Source: a virus (taxonomy: Duplodnaviria > Heunggongvirae > Uroviricota > Caudoviricetes). From it: a stretch of DNA of 18,846 bases. Where the stretch lies: IMG/VR virus record IMGVR_UViG_3300032954_000003, positions 1-18,846 of that record; one strand, given 5' to 3'. A program made the position numbers and the translations under genes. This document shows positions 13,246 to 18,846 of the stretch, piece after piece. Under the pieces are notes generated by a model. It had not been told where the DNA came from and did no database searches. It saw nothing but the letters and a program-made list of their open reading frames with translations. Each line of letters begins with the position of its first letter. Position 1 is the stretch's first letter.

Positions 13246-13376
13246 GTTGTCTCCTTTTGGTTAGTTGTGCGCGGGGCCAGTGCATCCGTGCACCAACCCC
13301 GCTTCGTGCCGTTCAATTACCTTCCAAGTCCTCGTCTAGGGATTAGGTCACTAGTGGCTCCTTTCGCTTGGTGTAA

Positions 13377-13448
13377 TGCGCGGCCTGGGATTCGAACCCA
13401 GTCCGCCCGATTAAAAGTCGGGTGCTCGGCCGGTTGAGCTTGCCGCGC
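13377..13448 (-). tRNA. tRNA-Lys(TTT)
   Basis: Reverse complement: acceptor GCGCGGC/GCCGCGC with discriminator A, D stem GCTC/GAGC, anticodon arm CCCGA-CT TTT AA-TCGGG, T arm CTGGG-TTCGAAT-CCCAG. Confidence 0.93.
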
Positions 13449-13451
13449 TAT

Positions 13452-13649
13452 TCAGATGTGCCGCCGCACTGCATCAAGCCGTGGGCAGACGTACCCGCCA
13501 GATCCTATGTCGGTACTAGCGGTACAGCCCGCTCCCATTGCCGTCAGTGCTGACGGGGTGTCCACCGTGTCGAAGTTGCACCGGCAGCGACCGCCGTTGA
13601 CTTTGACGGTCGCCGCCAGCGCACTCTCTAGGCGGCGGCGGAAGCTTTT
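13452..13649 (-). other. Start-less coding-like frame; candidate -1 frameshift extension of 13628-13951
   Basis: It reads KSFRRRLESALAATVKVNGGRCRCNFDTVD...GCTAST..YVCPRLDAVRRHI with high GC3. The entry point is the C_CCA_AAA heptamer at 13652-13646. Confidence 0.5.
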
Positions 13650-13951
13650 GGGCTCGCCGTCGCGGCCTTGCCGTTCCCTGCCTTCGCCGTGCTGGGCTTT
13701 GCGGCCTTCGCAGCGGGCTTCGCAGCCGGCTTCTTTGCAGGTGTCTCCTTCTTGTCCAGCGCCGGAGGCTTCTCACCACCGTTGGCGCGCTGAGCGGCCT
13801 GGTATGCCATCGCAGGATATGCGAGGCCCAGCGCCTTAGCGATGTTCGGGAACGTCATCTGCTTCTTGACGCGCATGTCAAGGCACTTCTGATCGAACTT
13901 CGGGTCGTGCTGCCGACGCGTGCGCGTCTCGGTGTTGGTCTTGGTTGCCAT
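13628..13951 (-). CDS. HTH protein with histone H1/HupB-like PAKK-rich tail
   Basis: SD AAGGAG. MTFPNIAKALGLAYPAMAYQAA is a helix-turn-helix, followed by PAKKPAAKPAAKAAKP repeats. Confidence 0.75.
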   Translation of the reverse strand: MATKTNTETRTRRQHDPKFDQKCLDMRVKKQMTFPNIAKALGLAYPAMAYQAAQRANGGEKPPALDKKETPAKKPAAKPAAKAAKPSTAKAGNGKAATASPKASAAA

Positions 13952-14042
13952 TGCTTGGATTCTCCTTGTGTTGGTGTATGACTTGCTCATTCAGCGGTAA
14001 GGTCGTCATCCCTACCGGACGCGGCCCGTGGACCGCGTTTCG

Positions 14043-14225
14043 CTATGCAGCGGTGATCGTGACGCTGATGGTGGTGGGCTTGCCCAACTCCTCAACGAGC
14101 GCCTTTGGGAGATAGACGGTCCGGAGCACTGGGTCAGCTCCGTTCTCCGTCACCTCGGCGTAGCGCCACGTTCCAGGAGTCTCCTTCTCCTTCGTAAGCG
14201 TCACCTTCTTATTCGCTGCGGCCAT
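14043..14225 (-). CDS. Hypothetical protein
   Basis: SD AAAGGAG. It is the first gene after the 14270-14298 promoter. Confidence 0.7.
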   Translation of the reverse strand: MAAANKKVTLTKEKETPGTWRYAEVTENGADPVLRTVYLPKALVEELGKPTTISVTITAA

Positions 14226-14418
14226 CGTTGTTCTCCTTTGCTTGGTTTGTTACTGAACTGTCTTGCAACAGCGTAGCGGATGCGGACGCTGAAGTCAAGG
14301 GATCGGACGAAGTTGAGTAGTTTCGGGCCATCTCGGCGGCATACAGGCGAGCGTCTGCGCGGCGTTCTGCGGCTGCGCGCGGGCTCAGGAAGGCCGGACC
14401 TATCGGTTGCTCAAGCAT
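14209..14418 (-). CDS. Hypothetical protein (doubtful; its 3' half overlaps a promoter)
   Basis: The ATG is coupled to the upstream stop, but the 3' half is Ser-rich and lies over regulatory sequence. Confidence 0.35.
   Translation of the reverse strand: MLEQPIGPAFLSPRAAAERRADARLYAAEMARNYSTSSDPLTSASASATLLQDSSVTNQAKENNDGRSE
14270..14337 (-). promoter_or_regulatory. Early promoter module, degenerate copy 4
   Basis: TTGACT (14298-14293), 17 nt, TACGCT (14275-14270). Upstream is the AAGTTGAGTAG..GGGCCA motif at 14310-14330. Confidence 0.6.
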
Positions 14419-14656
14419 TGCCCTCAGCGTCCTTTAGGATGCGTTCAGTGCATGCCTGTACCTGCTTGGTCGTGACAGTGCCGGTCTCGAACGTCCTAGC
14501 TAGCGCCGTGACCGTCGCAGCTTCTTCACTGCGGTCATCCTCAGGCTGGATGTCAGGCTCTTCAATCTCCTCGGCGTAGTCCAATAACGCTTGGATAATG
14601 TCCCTGAAGCTTTGCTCGTCTAGACAGACGGTGCGCGTTGTGACCCGCTTGCTCAT
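14411..14656 (-). CDS. Hypothetical protein
   Basis: It abuts the upstream stop and is acidic and protein-like. Confidence 0.65.
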   Translation of the reverse strand: MSKRVTTRTVCLDEQSFRDIIQALLDYAEEIEEPDIQPEDDRSEEAATVTALARTFETGTVTTKQVQACTERILKDAEGNA

Positions 14657-14878
14657 CTATGCCTCCAGCTTGCGAACGATGCCGCCGGTCTGGACTGTGA
14701 GTCGGCCGATGTCGTCGAAGTTGATAACGACGAGTGGGCCTACGTCGCGGAGATCGTCTGCCGTGAACGGCTTGCCGTCGAAGAACTCGTTGAGATCGTC
14801 TCGGTCGCCGACGCTAAGCGGGCCGATGTGGGTCTGGATCGTCTGCATTGTCTGCTCCTTGAGGTTGATCTTGCTCAT
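14657..14878 (-). CDS. Hypothetical protein (leaderless ATG 14878, or SD-led ATG 14848)
   Basis: First gene after promoter copy 1. AAGGAG lies between the two in-frame ATGs. Confidence 0.7.
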   Translation of the reverse strand: MSKINLKEQTMQTIQTHIGPLSVGDRDDLNEFFDGKPFTADDLRDVGPLVVINFDDIGRLTVQTGGIVRKLEA

Positions 14879-14884
14879 AGTCCT

Positions 14885-14954
14885 ATAGTAGCTCAGCCTG
14901 TCGCCGTCGTCAACCCCCCAGACGCAAGTTGAGTACAAAAGGGCCAGACTCAAC
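14885..14954 (-). promoter_or_regulatory. Early promoter plus upstream inverted-repeat site, copy 1
   Basis: TTGACG (14913-14908), 17 nt, TACTAT (14890-14885). GTTGAG-N15-CTCAAC at 14928-14954. Confidence 0.85.
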
Positions 14955-14977
14955 CAGCGCCTGAGGGTTCTAGCCGG

Positions 14978-15823
14978 CTAGCAATCCTCGGCGCGCTTAT
15001 CCGGCCGGCGCCGCTTGAACTGAGGGTGCCTTAGTCCTTCGATTCCACCGTGATAGGCGATCTCAATGACAGTGCCGACCCACGACTCGTCAGGCGCTTC
15101 GGATTGTTTGTAACCCGAGCAGCTTCCTAGTCGCTTCAACTTGCCGTTGACGTACTGACCAAAGACAATGGACGAACACGGACCACGAGCGCCAGACTTG
15201 AAGCCCATAACTACAACATCCATCGTTTCCTGCGGTTTGATCTTGAACCAGCCGCCACCACGCCGGCCGCTGCCGTAGGGTGCGTCGAGCGCCTTTACAA
15301 CGCCACCCTCGTACTCTTCAGAGAGCAGCCGTTGGACGTTCTCATCGGACGCAGTAGGCAGCTGGAAGATGAGTTCCATGTATGCAAACTCATTTAGGTG
15401 GAACATATCGTTCAGCAGCGTACGCCGACTAGACAGGGGCAACGACCGTGCATCGATACCCTCAATGGCGAGAACATCGAACACGACATATCGCAGGTTT
15501 GATGCATTGGACCCACCGTCTGTCATTTCCGACTGCACAGATCCCCAGTTCTCACCGACCATCTCGCCGTCGAACCACGTACCGACTGGGAAAATATCTG
15601 CCATCTCGTACGCGAGCCCTCGGTGGGTGTACTCCTTGCCTGATCGTGAATAGAAGTGACAGCCATCCTCGGCGATCTCAGCTAGGATGCGCCAGCCGTC
15701 GAGCTTAGGCTCAAGGACAAACCGTCCTGAGGGTGCGCTCTTGATCGCCTGTGCGTTTTGGGCTAGCTGGCCGCTCAGGGCCAGTTCTCGGTGCTGCTGT
15801 GCTGTTGGAAGTGTTTTCGTCAT
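14978..15823 (-). CDS. ATP-dependent DNA ligase (adenylation plus OB domains)
   Basis: Motifs EPKLDGWR, FDGEM, YVVFDVL, EGGVVK and WFKIK, then an OB fold ending LRHPQFKRRRPDK. Confidence 0.93.
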   Translation of the reverse strand: MTKTLPTAQQHRELALSGQLAQNAQAIKSAPSGRFVLEPKLDGWRILAEIAEDGCHFYSRSGKEYTHRGLAYEMADIFPVGTWFDGEMVGENWGSVQSEMTDGGSNASNLRYVVFDVLAIEGIDARSLPLSSRRTLLNDMFHLNEFAYMELIFQLPTASDENVQRLLSEEYEGGVVKALDAPYGSGRRGGGWFKIKPQETMDVVVMGFKSGARGPCSSIVFGQYVNGKLKRLGSCSGYKQSEAPDESWVGTVIEIAYHGGIEGLRHPQFKRRRPDKRAEDC

Positions 15824-16662
15824 GCTGCCACCTTCTTCCGGCTCTTAGGCTTGACCGCTGCAATGGAAGCTTCCAGTGCTGCTGTCAGATCAGGCGTCTC
15901 AGCTGCGACTGCCTTCTCAGCAGCCTTGGCGATCGGCTTGCCAAGCAGAGCGGCGTCAATCGCCTCACCGCGCGCCTCGACAGATGCATCCGTCAGGGTG
16001 GCAAAGTCCACCTCAGTCGGCAATACCTGCCCTAGAAACGTGGACATAAGCGTGACAGCCTTCTCCGGTGCGGTGGCGGTATTCTCTTCAGCCGGTCGCA
16101 CCTCCTGCGCGTACCGCACACGATTCATGCACAGCACGTTCCCGACAGGGTGGATCGCCACGATGTGTTCACGACCGCGTGTAGCCCATTTTGCAATCAG
16201 CGCCTTGCCGTCCAATGCGTGCGCAAGGGTGGCGACTGCTTGGTCAGAGCCCTTGATCTTGCGCGACGGACGCACGTACCAAAGTTCGTTCACCTGCTGC
16301 ATCGGTACGCTGTCCATCGGCACAATTGCCACAGGCGTCAGTTCCTTACTGCTGATCGCCTCATCGATTTCAGCAAGCGTGCTGTCATCGATTGCGTGGA
16401 AGTGTCCTTCAGCGTCCTCGACTGCCTTGACAACCGGCGTGGTGTTCTCGAATTCGCCGGCCTTCTCACGGGCTGCCGTGCGTCGCAGCTTGCCTCCGGT
16501 GCATCGTTCCTCGCGGACGAAAGGCTCGTGGTGACACTCGCACACTTGCCTCAGCGGGATGTCTCCCTCGTACGCGTCTGTTCCCTTAGTGACCTCAACT
16601 GCAATTGGCGGCAATCCCGCCAGCGGGATAGACCCGCTCCAGATTGATCGTGCTACTGCCAT
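15820..16662 (-). CDS. ku: Ku (non-homologous end-joining DNA end-binding protein)
   Basis: RSIWSGSI, VVKAVE, WYVRP, RGREHIVAIHP and PDLTAALEASI motifs of prokaryotic Ku. SD AAGGAG. Confidence 0.85.
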   Translation of the reverse strand: MAVARSIWSGSIPLAGLPPIAVEVTKGTDAYEGDIPLRQVCECHHEPFVREERCTGGKLRRTAAREKAGEFENTTPVVKAVEDAEGHFHAIDDSTLAEIDEAISSKELTPVAIVPMDSVPMQQVNELWYVRPSRKIKGSDQAVATLAHALDGKALIAKWATRGREHIVAIHPVGNVLCMNRVRYAQEVRPAEENTATAPEKAVTLMSTFLGQVLPTEVDFATLTDASVEARGEAIDAALLGKPIAKAAEKAVAAETPDLTAALEASIAAVKPKSRKKVAA

Positions 16663-16693
16663 TTTGTCTGCTCCTTGGTTCTTGGTGGTTTTC

Positions 16694-17107
16694 TTAGCGG
16701 CTTGCCAGCTCAGCCTTGACGGCTTCGGCTGCTTCCAGATCGTTGCCTTCCCGTGCGATCGCGCGAGCGGCTGACTCCAGCTTGGCGTCGCTCATCCGAG
16801 CGAAGTTGCGAAGCCTGCCCTTCGGGCCTCGGCCGGCGCCGTGCGGACGCGAGCATCCGTGAGCGATCGACGGTTCCCAGCCACCCTCGCGCTCACCCTC
16901 GCGCATCGGCGGCCGGCTCAGCTCGGCTGCGAGTGGCTGCTGCCGCTGGGCTGCCTCTTCAAGCCTGACGGCTAGCGCCTGCGCTTCGGCGACGGCGCCG
17001 CTCTCAAGGCTCGTTTCGGCGAACTCGTAGATGAGGTCTGCTGCTGCTATAAGGTCTGCTCGCTTGATCTGCATTGCCTGCTCCTTGCTTTGCTTGGTTG
17101 ACTGCAT
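16694..17107 (-). CDS. Hypothetical protein (leaderless ATG 17107, or SD-led ATG 17074)
   Basis: First gene after promoter copy 2. Confidence 0.7.
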   Translation of the reverse strand: MQSTKQSKEQAMQIKRADLIAAADLIYEFAETSLESGAVAEAQALAVRLEEAAQRQQPLAAELSRPPMREGEREGGWEPSIAHGCSRPHGAGRGPKGRLRNFARMSDAKLESAARAIAREGNDLEAAEAVKAELASR

Positions 17108-17113
17108 AACCCT

Positions 17114-17183
17114 ATAGTAGGGCCATCGGACCTCGACGTCAACCCCCGAGATTCAAGTTGAGTAGTAAAGGGCCAGTCTAAAC
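17114..17183 (-). promoter_or_regulatory. Early promoter plus upstream inverted-repeat site, copy 2
   Basis: TTGACG (17142-17137), 17 nt, TACTAT (17119-17114). GTTGAG-N15-CTAAAC at 17157-17183. Confidence 0.85.
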
Positions 17184-17232
17184 CGAAGCTTGAGAAGCTT
17201 GTCTCTCGATATGGTGCGGAATGCGGACAAAG

Positions 17233-17270
17233 CGAAGGCCGGCTCCGGAGCAGGGTGGAGCCGGCCTTCG
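17233..17270 (-). terminator. Probable intrinsic terminator
   Basis: Perfect 14-bp inverted repeat CGAAGGCCGGCTCC/GGAGCCGGCCTTCG, just after the 17296 stop. A short CTTTGT tail follows on the minus strand. Confidence 0.65.
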
Positions 17271-17295
17271 TCTGCGACGCTCTAGGCGTCGGCAG

Positions 17296-17484
17296 CTAGT
17301 TTAGCGCAGCACGTCGCGCGAACTCAAGCTCGAACACTTCAACCGCCTCAGACTCGCGCTCCATGATCGCCTGAACGGTTTGCATACCGAGATCATGCAT
17401 ATTCAGGTGTGCGAGGCCATCGATAACGCGCTGAGGCATAGGGTCGAGTGCCGCTATGAATGGGCTGTGTGTCTGGTTGTTCAT
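17296..17484 (-). CDS. Hypothetical protein
   Basis: SD AAGGAGCAGACA precedes the ATG at 17484. Confidence 0.7.
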   Translation of the reverse strand: MNNQTHSPFIAALDPMPQRVIDGLAHLNMHDLGMQTVQAIMERESEAVEVFELEFARRAALN

Positions 17485-17494
17485 TGTCTGCTCC

Positions 17495-18277
17495 TTAGAG
17501 TAGGCCCGCTGCCTTCGCCTGCGCAGTGAGCTGTTGAGTCGGATCATCGTTACCTTCAGATGCGCAACCGATCCGCACGGTGTTGTTGTCCTTGTCGTAC
17601 CTCACGGTCCAGCCATAATGGTTTGAACCGCCGCATCCACCTTCCTGTCCTGCTAGGTCCGCTGCCATCCCGCGTGCCGTGAAAATCAGATGCCGGTGGC
17701 AGGTAGGTGCGAACAGTGCGGACCAGCTTGTGAAATCGCTTGCCTCGTTCGGGCGCTTGACTACGATGCGGAGATCGGTGCTACCGCCTCCTCGGATTAC
17801 ACCTGTCGCGCTGCTGACGATTGCGACCTCCAGGTCATAGCCGCGCGACTCAAGTGCACCGACGAACGAGGTAACCCATGCGCCGTAGCGTGCAATTGTG
17901 GAAGCGCGCACGCCTCCGCGAAAGCCGATCTCAACCTCGATGCTGAGACCCTGCTTGCCTTCGCGGTCGGCACGCGTCAAGTAGAAATCATCCGCGCCAC
18001 CGACGAGCCGCGCTACGTCAATGTCCCCATCCTCGGAGTCCCAATGTGCCCGCCTACGGCGCCGGCTATAGTCGCCGACATCCTCTTGCGTCGAGAACTC
18101 TGGTGCACGGTAACCGTTTTCTAGCCACCCTACGGTGTCGGCTACAGTCCCGCCGCTCCAGGACCCACCGCCTAGCACGACGTTGGCTATGTCATCCTGC
18201 GAAGACCACGCCCGTGTCTTTGCGAGGTCAAGGAACTTGTCCTTGAGGTCGATCCAGTTAAAGGTGTAGGTGCTCAT
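17495..18277 (-). CDS. VWA/CobT-like partner protein of the AAA ATPase
   Basis: GDIDVARLVGG, IEVEIG..G.V.A..I..YG..V..FV.ALESRGYDLEV and VVKRPNE patterns. It lies downstream of a MoxR/CobS-type ATPase. Confidence 0.55.
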   Translation of the reverse strand: MSTYTFNWIDLKDKFLDLAKTRAWSSQDDIANVVLGGGSWSGGTVADTVGWLENGYRAPEFSTQEDVGDYSRRRRRAHWDSEDGDIDVARLVGGADDFYLTRADREGKQGLSIEVEIGFRGGVRASTIARYGAWVTSFVGALESRGYDLEVAIVSSATGVIRGGGSTDLRIVVKRPNEASDFTSWSALFAPTCHRHLIFTARGMAADLAGQEGGCGGSNHYGWTVRYDKDNNTVRIGCASEGNDDPTQQLTAQAKAAGLL

Positions 18278-18279
18278 CG

Positions 18280-18441
18280 TTAGGCGTCCTTACGAATCGT
18301 GGTGCGGTACTTCGCCTCGGCTACTCGTTCGGCGTCGTGCCGTTCGCGTGCTAGGGGTCGAAGGTTGGCTGCCTTCATCTCTGCAAAGTAGGTTTCGGCT
18401 GCTGTGCTCACTGCCTGCTCCTTAAGGTTGATTGACTGCAT
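18280..18441 (-). CDS. Hypothetical small protein (leaderless ATG 18441, or SD-led GTG 18411)
   Basis: First gene after promoter copy 3. Confidence 0.6.
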   Translation of the reverse strand: MQSINLKEQAVSTAAETYFAEMKAANLRPLARERHDAERVAEAKYRTTIRKDA

Positions 18442-18447
18442 AGGTCT

Positions 18448-18517
18448 ATAGTAGGGCCACGAGGCGGTCCCGTCAACCCCTAGGACTGAAGTTGAGTAGT
18501 AGAGGGCCACTCTCAAC
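18448..18517 (-). promoter_or_regulatory. Early promoter plus upstream inverted-repeat site, copy 3
   Basis: TTGACG (18476-18471), 17 nt, TACTAT (18453-18448). GTTGAG-N15-CTCAAC at 18491-18517. Confidence 0.85.
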
Positions 18518-18537
18518 TCCAGCCTGAGGGTTAGCGG

Positions 18538-18846
18538 CTAGGCGTTGATAATCGCCTCGGCCAGTTCGGTCTCCAGCGCCTCGTCCAGCTCGACTCGGAT
18601 GCGACCGGCGCTCCAGCGGTCGAGGGTCGCAGCATCCAGACGCTCGCGTCCTACGTAGTCTCGGCCGCCACCGAGGCCCATCGTGTTCGCGGCTGCCAGC
18701 GGGATGAAGTCTGGGTGCCGTGCGATTTCCTCGCCGGTCTGAGGGTTAGAGAAGTGACCGTTAGCAAGCGCTGAGTTCACGATCAGCAGGATGTTTGAAT
18801 CAGCTGCATCGATCTCGTCAAAGAGAAACACGCCTCCGTCGCGGTA
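18538..18846 (-). CDS. MoxR/CbbQ/CobS-type AAA+ ATPase (5'-partial)
   Basis: The frame is open to the window edge. Walker B FLFDEID, HPDF..LAAANT, and Arg-finger YVGRERLDAATLDR. Confidence 0.85.
   Translation of the reverse strand, partial: YRDGGVFLFDEIDAADSNILLIVNSALANGHFSNPQTGEEIARHPDFIPLAAANTMGLGGGRDYVGRERLDAATLDRWSAGRIRVELDEALETELAEAIINA

Noticed and set aside
11243-18246. Long plus-strand ORFs in the right half (for example 15791-16534 and 13456-13839)
   Set aside because: They are antisense shadows of high-GC minus-strand genes, with no SD or recognisable motifs.
14885-18517. CRISPR array or insertion-sequence ends
   Set aside because: The repeats are kilobases apart, carry -35/-10 boxes and have no cas or transposase gene nearby.

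Overview
The window reads as a segment of a tailed-phage genome, probably with an actinobacterial host. This is inferred from gene content, leaderless-type promoters, Ku and small actinophage-like HTH genes. No structural or integrase genes are present. The rightward half (1-10751) holds two HNH genes, a secreted-type LamG protein and two promoter-driven tRNA clusters, in which 8 tRNAs are interleaved with 5 unexplained structured RNAs. It continues with a SLOG protein and a 7-deazaguanine DNA-modification cluster (queD, HNH, queE, folE, queC, ParB-like, dpdA-like). The leftward half (10669-18846) is an early-type region of small genes, a tRNA-Lys, a Ku plus ATP-dependent ligase pair, an AAA/VWA-like pair and four copies of a sigma70 promoter/operator module. 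The strongest signal is translational recoding. queE is interrupted by two micro-insertions (11 nt and 7 nt) exactly inside its two most conserved motifs. It lies directly downstream of a free-standing HNH gene, which resembles the T4 mobA/gene 60 ribosomal-bypass cassette. A histone-like gene also carries a candidate -1 frameshift into a Cys-rich extension. All calls were made by eye, and no searches were run.
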